A stretch of DNA of 64,000 bases from a bacterium (GCA_043812655.1 JBDRLW010000044.1:59534-123533); one strand, 5' to 3'. Counted from the first letter of the stretch, positions 9,297 to 19,832 are shown. Numbers and translations are program-made. Notes: generated from the letters alone by a model not told the origin.

Positions 9297-10358
9297 ATGA
9301 AACATTTTTTTGTTTTAGCTTTTTGTTTGCTGGCTATTTTTCCGTCTCTTGCCATGAATGTCGGCAAGACAGGCGAAGCAGTCGGCTTCCCTTATATCAT
9401 ATATAACTCGACCGACGGCGTTTACTACGGCTTGATCGGCGAAGCAAAGAATTTGCTTGGCCGCGATGAATCTTTTACCCTTGGCGGGCAGGTCATCCCA
9501 GCTGGAGGGAACTCGGCTAACTTTATTTTGTCTTTCCCCGATGCTGACGACCGTCATGGCAAAATGTTCCCGCTGGGTTTTGACCTATATGGGGAGTTGG
9601 GCGATAAATACCTGGATAGATATTATGGCTTAGGAGGAAATACTCCCAGTTCAGGTTATACGACCTTTAACAACCGTTATAATAAAATGACTTTTAAGTT
9701 CACCCGCCCATTTACTCCTAAACTTTTGGGGGAATTCGATGTCTATACTAGTACTAATGATCCCTATTCGATAACCCAAGGACTTAGCCCTATCACTCCT
9801 GCCATCATCGCCGATACCAATGACTACGCCGGAACTTCGATTAAACTGCTAGTTGATACCCGCGATCAAAACCTTGACCCGCACACCGGTTTATATTTTA
9901 TTAACAACCTTGATTTTGGCGTCAGGAATTGCGATTACAAAAAAGTCGGGCTAGATCTAAGGAATTATACCAATCCCATAAATTCCAGCCAGGTCCTAGC
10001 TTCTAGATTTATGGTCCAGCAGGCTTTTGGCGATGTTATCCCTCTTTATGAATATCCTTTTTTGGGAGGAAGAGACACCCTCCGCGGTTATACGACTGGC
10101 CGTTGGCGGGACAAAGCCGCCGCCCTGCTCAATTTGGAGTACCGTTCTCCTCTTTTTACCGATTGGATACAAGGGGTTTTATTTTATGAAGCGGGCAAAG
10201 TGGGGCCAGTTCTCACTGATATCGGCCTTGACCGTTGGCCTAGCGATTATGGTTTTGGGGTTCATCTTATCCTGGGGGATACTATGCTGGTTCGCGGTGA
10301 TTTTGGCTTTGGCTCCGAAGGGATGAACGCCTACTTCTTCTACGGCCAGGCCTTTTGA
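9297..10358 (+). CDS. Omp85 (BamA/TamA family) beta-barrel outer-membrane protein
   Basis: Signal peptide, LGG..TLRGY motif, EYR, C-terminal YGQAF. Confidence 0.8.
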   Translation: MKHFFVLAFCLLAIFPSLAMNVGKTGEAVGFPYIIYNSTDGVYYGLIGEAKNLLGRDESFTLGGQVIPAGGNSANFILSFPDADDRHGKMFPLGFDLYGELGDKYLDRYYGLGGNTPSSGYTTFNNRYNKMTFKFTRPFTPKLLGEFDVYTSTNDPYSITQGLSPITPAIIADTNDYAGTSIKLLVDTRDQNLDPHTGLYFINNLDFGVRNCDYKKVGLDLRNYTNPINSSQVLASRFMVQQAFGDVIPLYEYPFLGGRDTLRGYTTGRWRDKAAALLNLEYRSPLFTDWIQGVLFYEAGKVGPVLTDIGLDRWPSDYGFGVHLILGDTMLVRGDFGFGSEGMNAYFFYGQAF

Positions 10359-10401
10359 TCAAACCTCAAAATAAAGGCAAAGGTGTTATAATAAAATCAC
10401 T

Positions 10402-11574
10402 ATGAAAAACAAGCTTCTTAAGGTCTTTCTTGTTACTATTTGCTTATTAAGTTTTTTTTCCTGCGTCTGCTGGGCTGACCCCCAACACGAGCCACCAAAA
10501 GTTAAATATGAAAAAGCAAAAATCATAGAAGCTGAAAAAATCGAACTCGATGATCCTACTGGTACACAATTCAAGGAAATACATCAACAAGTCACATTGA
10601 AGATATTATCCGGCAAGCTAAGGGGAAAAACTGTCACGCTTGATCATATCGCTTCGGGAGGGATGGTCGGGCAAAACCTTAAGCTCAAAAACGGCGACAA
10701 AGTCATTGTTTATGTGGAGGAAAAGCCGACAAGAGCAGAAAGCCCCGATGGTTCGCCATTGATCCATATCAACGGTTACGCCAGAAGCTCTCCTCTCCTC
10801 TGGCTGGCCGTTATCTATGGGTTGATCCTGGTGGTCATCGGGGGAAAGAAAGGCTTAAGATCATTAGTCAGCCTGGCCTTGACCATCGCAATAATTTTCT
10901 TTGTCCTTTTCCCTTTAACCCTCCGGGGATTTAATCCTCTACTGGTTTCTATTGCCATCTCCGGAGTGATCTCCTTGCTGACATTTAGAATTATTGGGGG
11001 AAGGACAACCAAGGCCCTAAGCGCGGCCATCGGTACGCTGATCGGCGTGGCGATCGCAGGGATCTTAGCTACTGTGATCGGCAAGATGATCCATCTTTCC
11101 GGTTTAAGCTCAGAAGAATCGATGATCTTGTTGTACTCAATGGACCTGAAGATCGATTTTCAGGGGCTTCTCTTCAGCGGCATCTTGATCGGCGCGCTCG
11201 GCGCGGTGATGGATGTGGGAATGTCGATCGCTTCAGCCATTGACGAAGTGAGAAAGGTCCATCCGGAGGCAAATTTCACCAACTTGTTCCAGGCGGGGAT
11301 GAATGTCGGCCGTGATATAATGGGAACAATGTCTAACACCTTGATCCTGGCTTATACCGGCTCCGCCCTGCCGCTCCTGCTCCTGTTTATCGCCGATAAT
11401 ATGTCTTTTACCAAGATAATCAATATGGAATTGGTAGCCGAAGAGATCGCCCGGGCATTAGCGGGAAGCATTGGCCTGGTATTATGCATTCCGGCCACGG
11501 CGTTGGTTGCCGCCGCAATGTACGCCAGGAATTCCCAATCTCACAGCTTTCCAAAAGAGTGGCTGAAAAAATGA
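10402..11574 (+). CDS. YibE/F family membrane protein
   Basis: IGALGAVMDV, GRDIMGTMSNTLILAY.G. Confidence 0.88.
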   Translation: MKNKLLKVFLVTICLLSFFSCVCWADPQHEPPKVKYEKAKIIEAEKIELDDPTGTQFKEIHQQVTLKILSGKLRGKTVTLDHIASGGMVGQNLKLKNGDKVIVYVEEKPTRAESPDGSPLIHINGYARSSPLLWLAVIYGLILVVIGGKKGLRSLVSLALTIAIIFFVLFPLTLRGFNPLLVSIAISGVISLLTFRIIGGRTTKALSAAIGTLIGVAIAGILATVIGKMIHLSGLSSEESMILLYSMDLKIDFQGLLFSGILIGALGAVMDVGMSIASAIDEVRKVHPEANFTNLFQAGMNVGRDIMGTMSNTLILAYTGSALPLLLLFIADNMSFTKIINMELVAEEIARALAGSIGLVLCIPATALVAAAMYARNSQSHSFPKEWLKK

Positions 11575-11807
11575 ATAAGGTATCTCTAACTCAGATGGCT
11601 TTGGGACAAAGCGGCGAGGTAGTTGAACTCCTCGGAGGAGCTGGGCTGATTCGCCGGTTAGAAGCTATGGGGATCAGGATCGGATATCAGATCAGGAAGA
11701 TCAGCTCCCAATTCATGCGCGGGCCCATTACGGTCAAAGTAGGACAGGTCAGTTTAGCCCTGGGCTATGGCATGGCAAATAAAGTAATGGTTAAAATAGA
11801 TAAATGA
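11571..11807 (+). CDS. feoA: Ferrous iron transport protein A
   Basis: RRLEAMGIRIG...GPITVKVG; ATGA overlaps at both ends. Confidence 0.9.
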   Translation: MNKVSLTQMALGQSGEVVELLGGAGLIRRLEAMGIRIGYQIRKISSQFMRGPITVKVGQVSLALGYGMANKVMVKIDK

Positions 11808-13519
11808 AAAAAATCTTATTGATCGGCAACCCTAATGTCGGGAAAAGTGTTTTCTTTTCTCGTTTAACCGGTACCCAGGTGATCGCTTCTAATTATCCCG
11901 GCACAACTGTTGAATTAACCCGCGGGTACATGCTGGTTAATAATGAAACATATGAAGTGATCGACATCCCGGGAACTTATACCCTCTGCCCAACCTGTAA
12001 GGCCGAGGAGGTCGCCTGCGAGCTGATAAAAAGCGGGGATCTGGTCATCAATATTGTTGACGCCACCAACCTGGAAAGGAACTTATACCTTACCCTTGAA
12101 CTGATGGAACAAAAGGCACCGGTAATAGTAGCGTTGAACATGTGGGATGACACTAAACACCGAGGCATCCATATTGACGTGAAACAACTAGAAGAATGGT
12201 TGGGTGTGCCGGTCGTGGCAACTACCGCCGTGACAGGGGAAGGATTTGTCCGGCTGATCGAACGGATCCCTGAGGCTCGCACGCCAATGGTCAGGGCTCA
12301 CAGCCTGGAGGATCGCTGGAAAGATATCGGTAATATTATTACCAAAGCGCAGCACCTTGAACACCGCCATCACACATTTTGGGAAAGGATCCAAGACTTG
12401 ACGATCAAGCCAAAAACAGGCATCCCTTTCGCGCTACTGGTCGCCTTCATTTCGTTTAATTTTGTCCGCTTTATCGGCGAAGGGCTGATCAATTACCTGG
12501 CTAATCCTTTTTTTATAAGTATCTGGCAGCCACTGCTAATGAAACTCAGCGCGCTTCTGGGCCACGGCGGGATAATCCACAATGTCCTAGTGGGCAAATT
12601 AATCAATGGCAACATTGATTATGTCCAGTCCTTTGGTGTGTTAAGCACCGCCTTCTACGTGGAATTCGCTATGGTCCTTCCTTATATCGTTGCTTTTTAC
12701 TTTTTACTTGGCATCCTAGAAGACTCTGGTTATCTACCGCGGCTGGCGATCCTGATGGACAACCTTATGCACCATGTTGGACTGCACGGTTTCGCAATCG
12801 TGCCGACGCTGCTGTCATTTGGCTGCAATGTACCAGGAATACTAGCCACCAGGATATTAGAAAGCAAACGGGAAAGATTTATCGCTTCGACCCTGATTTC
12901 GATCGGCGTTCCTTGCGCAGCGCTGCAAGCCATGATCATTGGCGTGCTAGGCAAGCATGGCGGCTGGCCGGTGTTGGCTGTCTATACTATCCTGGCTTTA
13001 ACTTGGCTGGTTCTTGGCTTATTGCTCAACTGGCTGACTCCCGGATTCAGCCCAGAGCTGTTGCTCGAGATCCCGCCTTACCGTTTTCCCCCGGTCAGGT
13101 TGTTAATAAAGAAGACCTGGTGGCGGATCAAGCAGTTCATTAGAGAGGCTGTGCCAGTGGTCACCGCCGGTGTATTGGCGGTAAATATCCTCTATCTTTT
13201 AAATGTTTTTGATTTTATCGCCTCGCTGACCGCCCCAATTGTCAGCGGGCTACTAGGCCTGCCCAAGGAAGCGATCGCCGCGATCGTTATCGGCTTTTTG
13301 CGGAAGGATGTAGCGGTAGGAATGCTTGCTCCTCTCTCCTTAAGCATCAAACAATTGATTGTCGCCTCGGTCGTGCTTTCCATGTTTTTCCCGTGCGTCG
13401 CCACCTTTGTCATCATACTCAAAGAGCTGGGTTGGAAGGATATGCTAAAATCCACCGGCATAATGATCCTCACTTCACTGCTGGTGGGGGGGCTGGTTAA
13501 CTTATTTTTGCGGTTTTAA
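11804..13519 (+). CDS. feoB: Ferrous iron transport protein B
   Basis: GNPNVGKS, NYPGTTV, DIPG, NMWD, GCNVP. Confidence 0.95.
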   Translation: MKKILLIGNPNVGKSVFFSRLTGTQVIASNYPGTTVELTRGYMLVNNETYEVIDIPGTYTLCPTCKAEEVACELIKSGDLVINIVDATNLERNLYLTLELMEQKAPVIVALNMWDDTKHRGIHIDVKQLEEWLGVPVVATTAVTGEGFVRLIERIPEARTPMVRAHSLEDRWKDIGNIITKAQHLEHRHHTFWERIQDLTIKPKTGIPFALLVAFISFNFVRFIGEGLINYLANPFFISIWQPLLMKLSALLGHGGIIHNVLVGKLINGNIDYVQSFGVLSTAFYVEFAMVLPYIVAFYFLLGILEDSGYLPRLAILMDNLMHHVGLHGFAIVPTLLSFGCNVPGILATRILESKRERFIASTLISIGVPCAALQAMIIGVLGKHGGWPVLAVYTILALTWLVLGLLLNWLTPGFSPELLLEIPPYRFPPVRLLIKKTWWRIKQFIREAVPVVTAGVLAVNILYLLNVFDFIASLTAPIVSGLLGLPKEAIAAIVIGFLRKDVAVGMLAPLSLSIKQLIVASVVLSMFFPCVATFVIILKELGWKDMLKSTGIMILTSLLVGGLVNLFLRF

Positions 13520-14231
13520 TTGCGGCCACGTCAACCACGCTGCCGGCGCCGACCGAGATGAATTTGTCCCTGTATGCCGCCTTGAATTGCCTGATCGCCT
13601 TTTCCCCGGAGCAGTGGCAGGGACCGGCATAAGCCATTCCAAGGCATTTAAATTCGGTAATTATTTTCTTTATTTCCGAAGTGCTTTTCGTATAAAGGTG
13701 GAAACCGCCTAACACCGCCAGGATCGGCCTGTCCAGTTTTTTCTTTACTGTCTTGATGATCTCGATGATACCTGGATGGGCACAACCAGTAATAATAATC
13801 AGACCCTTCGAAACATCAATAATTAAAGATTGTTCTTTAATTCCCTCGCCAAGTTCTCCACTACTGTAGATGTCCTTGGCAATCCTGGTAAAAGTTTTGA
13901 TCCCGACGCATTTCGCTCCGGTAGCCTTGATCTCATTCCGGTAGGCCCGGGAAAAAGAGGCCGGAACAAATACTTTCACTTTATGATTTATATTTAAAAA
14001 ACCAAACAATCCGCCGGTATGGTCCCAATGGCTATGGGAGATAAAGATCTCCGTGACTGATCTGGGAGAAACGCGCAGCGCTTTCAGGTTGGACAGAAGA
14101 ACATCCGCTTTCCCACCGGTATCAAAAAGGATGTTTCGGCCATGGTATTTTACGAGGCAGGAAAATCCCCAGGCGGGTTTAAATCCTTTTTGAACGGTAT
14201 TATTATCGTAAATGATTTTTATTGCTGCCAT
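13497..14231 (-). CDS. Metallo-beta-lactamase-fold hydrolase (COG1237-like)
   Basis: SHSHWDHTGG, GCAHPG, GGFH, PCHC. Confidence 0.85.
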   Translation of the reverse strand: MAAIKIIYDNNTVQKGFKPAWGFSCLVKYHGRNILFDTGGKADVLLSNLKALRVSPRSVTEIFISHSHWDHTGGLFGFLNINHKVKVFVPASFSRAYRNEIKATGAKCVGIKTFTRIAKDIYSSGELGEGIKEQSLIIDVSKGLIIITGCAHPGIIEIIKTVKKKLDRPILAVLGGFHLYTKSTSEIKKIITEFKCLGMAYAGPCHCSGEKAIRQFKAAYRDKFISVGAGSVVDVAAIKTAKIS

Positions 14232-14233
14232 TA

Positions 14234-14563
14234 TTATGCCTTTAACAAATAATCAGCTATGGCCTTATACAAAGCGTTGACCGCCAGGATCGAGCAGTGC
14301 AAATGTTCTTTCGGAATTTCAGCTAACCCTTTGATCACTTGTCCCGCTGATATCGCAAGAGCTTTATTCACTGTTTGATTAACTGCTAAACTGGCAGCCA
14401 TTGCCGCGCAGGCCCTGGTCGAATCACACCCTTCAGTATAATACTTTACTTCAATGATCTTGTCGTTTTCAATGGCCAGATAGAACTCCATCTCTTCCCC
14501 GCACAAACCTTTCACGTATGAAGAACTGGTCGGGCCGTTCATCCGGCCGTAAAATCTATCCAT
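14234..14563 (-). CDS. NifU/IscU N-terminal-like Fe-S scaffold protein
   Basis: GLCGEEM, GC, HC cysteines in NifU_N spacing. Confidence 0.8.
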   Translation of the reverse strand: MDRFYGRMNGPTSSSYVKGLCGEEMEFYLAIENDKIIEVKYYTEGCDSTRACAAMAASLAVNQTVNKALAISAGQVIKGLAEIPKEHLHCSILAVNALYKAIADYLLKA

Positions 14564-15419
14564 GGCACAACCTCCGCCGGGCAGAGAGCGGCAGATCCGC
14601 AGGAAAAACGGAAACAAATTCCGCCGCTCTGTCCGTCAGCACAAAAACCGGGATCGAACGGGAAAGTTTAAGCTTGGCTATCGGCTCTAGTGCTTCCCTA
14701 ACGCCGGATGAGGCACAACTCCAAACCAGATCAGCATATTCCCCGATAACGGCAATTTTATCGGCCCCAACCCCCGTGGTACAAACCACTAAAGTTGTGA
14801 TCGCCGCCCCGGATTCTTTTTCCAAACAGCATAATTTCTTCAAATCACCAGCCGCAGCTCCGCTGATGGTCACGGCGATCTTTTTATAACCAGTTTTGAT
14901 GGCGGCTTCAACCCCAGCAACCTGATCGATCATCCCTTTTCTGGAAACTATCCGGCAACCGAGGCGTTTGAGTTCCTTCTGTATCCCTCTGATCGGAGTA
15001 GTAACTACTAAACTATTAAGGCGGGCGCCGATTCCCTGGACAACCTCCGGCCGATCAGTGATCACCGTACCGGCCCCTTCGCAAACGACGACCGCGGCTT
15101 CGATCATCTTTTTTTTCAACGCGAACATCATCATCTCGGAAGCGCCGTACGGGATGGCAACTTCATTACTGATCAACTTTCTTTTACCAGTAAACAAACC
15201 GAAATCCCTGATCTTTGACTCGATCGCTTCTTTGATCGCTCGTTTAAGCGCTTCCTTATCATCGCCTTTCAAACCGGCAAATCCTTTGTATAAATGTCGA
15301 GCCAGGGGACAGTGGGTTAAAGTTGGCTCGGACACCTCGATCACTTTGCCGCCCGAGATCATTACCTGGGAAGAAAAATATTTCATTATATGGAAGTCTC
15401 TCTCCGTAAGGCCTAACAT
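14556..15419 (-). CDS. DUF2099 (methanogenesis marker 8-like) protein
   Basis: CPL, GASE, AVVVCEGAGTVI, QGIGAR, CTTG, CAS motifs recalled from the family. Confidence 0.72.
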   Translation of the reverse strand: MLGLTERDFHIMKYFSSQVMISGGKVIEVSEPTLTHCPLARHLYKGFAGLKGDDKEALKRAIKEAIESKIRDFGLFTGKRKLISNEVAIPYGASEMMMFALKKKMIEAAVVVCEGAGTVITDRPEVVQGIGARLNSLVVTTPIRGIQKELKRLGCRIVSRKGMIDQVAGVEAAIKTGYKKIAVTISGAAAGDLKKLCCLEKESGAAITTLVVCTTGVGADKIAVIGEYADLVWSCASSGVREALEPIAKLKLSRSIPVFVLTDRAAEFVSVFPADLPLSARRRLCHG

Positions 15420-16274
15420 TTATCCCTCTTTAAGTTTTTTCCAAATTTTCACAAGTTCTCTTTTTATGGGACCATCATCATATTCTACAATAGTTTTCCC
15501 GGCAACCATTGACTCGACAACTCCCTTATCAAACGCTATTTTACCGTTAACCGGGATCCCGTTGTCTGTGCAAAACCGCTCAATTTGACCGGTCATCTCC
15601 GGGTTTAGGTCATATTTATTGATCACCAGACTGACCGGAACATTAAAATGCCGCGCGACTTCTATCACTCTTTGGGCATCGTGAAGACCGGACAAGCTCG
15701 GCTCGGTAACAATCAGCGCGCAGTTGACCCCCGTTAAAGCGGCGATCACCGGACAACCGATCCCCGGCGGTCCGTCGATGATCACATAATCCAATTTATC
15801 ACGCTTGGCAATATCCCTGGCAATCTGCCTGATCTTTGCCACCAGCTTGCCGGAATTCTCTTGGGCAACCCCCAATTTCGCGTGGACAAACGGGCCATGA
15901 TTAGTATCGGACATGAACCATTCCCCCGCGATATTATCTTCCATTCGTATCGCTTTAACAGGACAGATGCGACTGCACAAGGCGCACCCCTCGCAGGAAA
16001 ACGATTCGATCGAATAATCGGATTTTATCACCTTAAACCGGCAGACTTCGATACACTTACCACATTTATTGCAAAGCGCTTGGTCAATAACGGCGGTTCG
16101 ACCGCTTCTAAATTCATGCCGCTCTTTAATTGTCGGACGCAATAACAGGTGCAGGTCGGCGGCGTCAACATCGCAGTCAACCATAACTTTGTTTTGAGCT
16201 AAAGCGGCAAGCGACGCGGCCACCACTGTTTTGCCTGTCCCGCCCTTTCCGCTAATAATGACTATTTGCTTCAT
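15420..16274 (-). CDS. MinD-superfamily P-loop ATPase with inserted ferredoxin (COG1149)
   Basis: SGKGGTGKT, DCDVD, two CxxCxxCxxxC, DGPPGIGC. Confidence 0.9.
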   Translation of the reverse strand: MKQIVIISGKGGTGKTVVAASLAALAQNKVMVDCDVDAADLHLLLRPTIKERHEFRSGRTAVIDQALCNKCGKCIEVCRFKVIKSDYSIESFSCEGCALCSRICPVKAIRMEDNIAGEWFMSDTNHGPFVHAKLGVAQENSGKLVAKIRQIARDIAKRDKLDYVIIDGPPGIGCPVIAALTGVNCALIVTEPSLSGLHDAQRVIEVARHFNVPVSLVINKYDLNPEMTGQIERFCTDNGIPVNGKIAFDKGVVESMVAGKTIVEYDDGPIKRELVKIWKKLKEG

Positions 16275-17082
16275 TGAAAAGTTCCTGGAATTTCTGTTTG
16301 TATTCCGGTAGTATCTTTATAAGCGTTTCCCCTTTTGAATATGCCTGGGCTATCTCTTTTTTAAAGGGGATCCGCATCAGCACAGGAATATTTTCTGACG
16401 CGCAATATTCCTCGGTCTTATTATTTCCCAGATCAGAGCGATTAATAACCACGCCAAACGGGATCTTAAGTTGGCGCAGGACCTCGACCGCTAAAATTAA
16501 ATCGTTCAAGCCAAAAGGGGTCGGCTCTGTAACCAGCAGGCAAAAATCGCTCCCCTTCACCGCGGCAATGACTGGACATGATGTCCCCGGCGGAGCGTCA
16601 ATAATGACCGTTCTGGCGGGATCAAGATGAGTTTTAACTTGCCTAATTAGCGGCGGAGCCATCGTTTCGCCAACATTGAGACAGCCCTGAACAAATTGTA
16701 AATCGTCCCTTTTCCCCGTTTCGATCCGACCAATCTCCCGCTCTTTCTCTTTTATTGCTTGTTTTGGGCAAAGCAGGGCGCAAGCTCCGCAGCTGTGGCA
16801 AAGTTCGGGAAAGATCAATACTTTATTTTTGGCAACGACCATGGCGTGGTATTCGCATACTTCGGCGCATTGGCCGCAATAGTCACAGTCGCTTTCGTCC
16901 ACTACCGGCACGAGCACGGAAGCTTTTTCGGTTTTTTCAACTTCCGGCTTGATAAAAATATGGGCGTTCGGCTCTTCCACGTCACAATCCAAGAGCTGGA
17001 CATTATTTAGCGACAGCGCGAGGTTAACGGCGACCGTGGTCTTCCCTGTCCCCCCTTTGCCTGAAGCGACCGAGAGTATCAT
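16252..17082 (-). CDS. MinD-superfamily P-loop ATPase with inserted ferredoxin (COG1149), second paralogue
   Basis: SGKGGTGKT, DCDVEEPN, two ferredoxin motifs, DAPPGTSC. Confidence 0.9.
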   Translation of the reverse strand: MILSVASGKGGTGKTTVAVNLALSLNNVQLLDCDVEEPNAHIFIKPEVEKTEKASVLVPVVDESDCDYCGQCAEVCEYHAMVVAKNKVLIFPELCHSCGACALLCPKQAIKEKEREIGRIETGKRDDLQFVQGCLNVGETMAPPLIRQVKTHLDPARTVIIDAPPGTSCPVIAAVKGSDFCLLVTEPTPFGLNDLILAVEVLRQLKIPFGVVINRSDLGNNKTEEYCASENIPVLMRIPFKKEIAQAYSKGETLIKILPEYKQKFQELFNEANSHY

Positions 17083-17690
17083 GTTTTCCTCTCCGCCGCA
17101 TAGACCAGCTGGCAATGCCCCTCCTGGCGGTTTACCGTAAAGTTATGTTCTTTCAAATATTCGCCAACTATCGAAAAATCGCCGCACCGCTCCTCATGTT
17201 CTCTCCCTTCGTCCCGATGGATCTGCCTGACAACCTCAAATCCTTCCCGATTAAAATCGGCGATCACTAGCTTACCAGAGCAGACCCTGATCATTTCGGC
17301 CAGGACAGCGAAAGGATTTTCAAAATGATGGAAAGCGTTGACGGAAACAACCGTGCCAAAGCTTTGGTCGGGGTACGGCAGCTGCGCCGCGTCACGGACA
17401 ACAAATCCGATCTTCTCCAAAACCCCTTCGGCCGCCGCATTCAAGCGCGCGAATTCCTGCTCTGCCACCGAATTATCAATGGTTAAAACCTTACCGGTAT
17501 TCTTAGCCAGTAATACGGTCATGTGCCCCTTGCCGGTCCCGATTTCCAGCACCGGTTTCGTTAGCGGTAAGCACCGCTCTAAGATAAAATCGCGGCTAGC
17601 GTCCTGGTCATAACCGTATTGCTTATAAAGCTGTTTCCGCTCCAGCATTTCTTCACGATTGCTCTCGATTTGTTTTTTATCAATGATCAT
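17079..17690 (-). CDS. Class I SAM-dependent methyltransferase
   Basis: VLEIGTGKG, DAAQLPY, NAFHHF. Confidence 0.85.
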   Translation of the reverse strand: MIIDKKQIESNREEMLERKQLYKQYGYDQDASRDFILERCLPLTKPVLEIGTGKGHMTVLLAKNTGKVLTIDNSVAEQEFARLNAAAEGVLEKIGFVVRDAAQLPYPDQSFGTVVSVNAFHHFENPFAVLAEMIRVCSGKLVIADFNREGFEVVRQIHRDEGREHEERCGDFSIVGEYLKEHNFTVNRQEGHCQLVYAAERKT

Positions 17691-17693
17691 TTT

Positions 17694-18455
17694 TTATCGC
17701 GCTTCCGGCCTCCGTCGCCTGGTTTCCACTTCATCCATTGACTTTGTTTCCGGCCGCACGACATCATAAGCCGAATAGGCTTTTAATGGCTTGAATAATT
17801 CTTTGATCTTTGATAGTTCTTTCGGTGAAAGAGGTTTGATTGGACAAGGACGCAAAGGCGTATTAATTTCTACCTCAACCGGATTTATCTGCTTCGCCAG
17901 GTTTGCCAAATCAGCCGCATGATCTTTATTCTGTGGCACAAACATGATCTGCAGCGCCAGTTTGCCTGGATATTCTTCAATAAATCTTCTTATCCCTTCA
18001 AGGATCATGTAAAAAGTGATGCCATTGGTGGGCTGATTGATAATTCTAAAAATTTTTTCATTTGGCGCGTCCAGCTTAGCTATAATCCGATCGGCCCGAC
18101 CAAGTTCCCTTCTCACCTGCGGATCATGCAACAGGGAAGAGTTAGTCAGGACCGCTACCGGCTTGCTGAATCGCCCTTTAATCTGGTCAATGACTTCGCC
18201 CAGGTTTAGCGCTAGTGTTGGCTCCCCCGTTCCGGAAAATGTAATGTAGTCAATCCCCATCCGAGGCAGAGTTTCCAATTCTTTAACCAACTCCGCTGTC
18301 GGCACAAAAACCTGGCGTTTAATGATATGCCTGATCGTTTTACCAAGCTGGCAATAAATACAGTCGAACGGACACGATTTCTCTCCAGAAACCAGATCAA
18401 TGCCCAATGACCGCCCCAAACGCCAGGACGGGACCGGGCCGTAGATATGCTTCAT
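17694..18455 (-). CDS. Radical SAM protein (COG0731-like)
   Basis: YGPVPSWRLGRSLGID, CPFDCIYC, SGTGEPTL. Confidence 0.85.
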   Translation of the reverse strand: MKHIYGPVPSWRLGRSLGIDLVSGEKSCPFDCIYCQLGKTIRHIIKRQVFVPTAELVKELETLPRMGIDYITFSGTGEPTLALNLGEVIDQIKGRFSKPVAVLTNSSLLHDPQVRRELGRADRIIAKLDAPNEKIFRIINQPTNGITFYMILEGIRRFIEEYPGKLALQIMFVPQNKDHAADLANLAKQINPVEVEINTPLRPCPIKPLSPKELSKIKELFKPLKAYSAYDVVRPETKSMDEVETRRRRPEAR

Positions 18456-18456
18456 T

Positions 18457-19806
18457 TTATATCTTCCCCGCCGCATCCTGCGCCGCCAGAACTAGGGGAT
18501 ACATGGTCGGGGCCGCCGTCAAATGCGGATGGGTCGCCATCTGCAGCGTCTCCAGTTCGGTGCAGGAGACCCGTTTCTGTATCGCCATCCCGATGATATT
18601 AATGATCTCCCCAGCCGACATCCCGCCTGCTACCTGCCCCCCCATCAGAATACCCGACTGCTTGGAGAAAATAAGCTTGACCGTTGTTTTCCCGGCGTTA
18701 GGCATGGCCGCAGGGTGTTTATTGGGAGCTTCCGCGCGGCCAACGACGATCTCAAACCCCTCTTTTTTCGCCGCGGCTTCGGTCAGGCCGCCGGATCCGA
18801 GCACCAGCCCGTCAACCCAGGTGGAATAGATAGCAATGGTCCCTTTATTCTCCCGGACAACCTTTAACTGGTAGAGGTTGGATCCCGCCACTCTGGCCTC
18901 CGCCGTGGCGGTAGATGCTAGCATGACAGGCAGATCCTTGCGGGTAAAAAAGTCCCTTTTTCCAACGCAGTCGCCGACGGCAAAAATATCCGGGTCCATG
19001 GTCCGCATGTATTCATCCACCCAGATCCCTTTCCCCTTCCCCAGATCAATACCGGCTTCCTTTGCCAGTTTCGTGTTCGGCCTTGCACCAATCCCCAAAA
19101 TGATCAGATCCGCCAGTATCCTAGTTTTATCGGACAAAAGAACCTCGGTCGTCCTGTCCTGGCCTATGATCTCTTCGACTTTCTTGCCAAGCAGCAGCTT
19201 GACCCCTTTAGCTTGAAGTTTCTCTTCGACCATTTTTCCGAACTCTTCGTCAAAAGAGTTCATGAGTAGATGCGGAAAAAGCTCGACCAAACAGACATTC
19301 AAGCCTTTAATATTCGATAATTCATCCGCGAATTCAATGCCAATAAACCCGCCGCCGATGATCAGAACGTTTCCGGCTTTTCCCAGCACCTCCTTGAGCC
19401 CCTTCAGGTATTCCAGCCCTTTATAGATCGGATAAACCCCTTTCTTATCGATCCCCTTGATGGGCGGAATGATGGGATCCGAACCAGACGCCAGGATTAA
19501 TTTTTCATATGTTAAGGTTTGACCACCCTTGATTTTAACGGTTTTCCCCTGACGATCAACGGCGATCACCTCATCCACCATCACGGCAATCTTGTTCTTT
19601 TCCAGGGGGGCACCTCCCATGATATTATCCTCGGGTTTTTGCAAGGTCTGGAACATATATGGTATACCGCAAGGGACAACCCCTTGCCCGACACTTTTTA
19701 TCAACATGATCTTCTTGTCCGGATAATATTTCCGCGCAGTAACCGCGCTGATAATCCCGGCCGGTCCGCCGCCAACGACAATGACATCAAACTTTTCACT
19801 ATTCAT
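18457..19806 (-). CDS. FAD-dependent pyridine nucleotide-disulfide oxidoreductase (CoA-disulfide reductase/NADH oxidase type)
   Basis: GGGPAG, single redox Cys in PCGIPY, GGGFIG, FAVGDC. Confidence 0.88.
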   Translation of the reverse strand: MNSEKFDVIVVGGGPAGIISAVTARKYYPDKKIMLIKSVGQGVVPCGIPYMFQTLQKPEDNIMGGAPLEKNKIAVMVDEVIAVDRQGKTVKIKGGQTLTYEKLILASGSDPIIPPIKGIDKKGVYPIYKGLEYLKGLKEVLGKAGNVLIIGGGFIGIEFADELSNIKGLNVCLVELFPHLLMNSFDEEFGKMVEEKLQAKGVKLLLGKKVEEIIGQDRTTEVLLSDKTRILADLIILGIGARPNTKLAKEAGIDLGKGKGIWVDEYMRTMDPDIFAVGDCVGKRDFFTRKDLPVMLASTATAEARVAGSNLYQLKVVRENKGTIAIYSTWVDGLVLGSGGLTEAAAKKEGFEIVVGRAEAPNKHPAAMPNAGKTTVKLIFSKQSGILMGGQVAGGMSAGEIINIIGMAIQKRVSCTELETLQMATHPHLTAAPTMYPLVLAAQDAAGKI

Positions 19807-19832
19807 TTTCTTTTTCTCCTTTCTATTATTTA

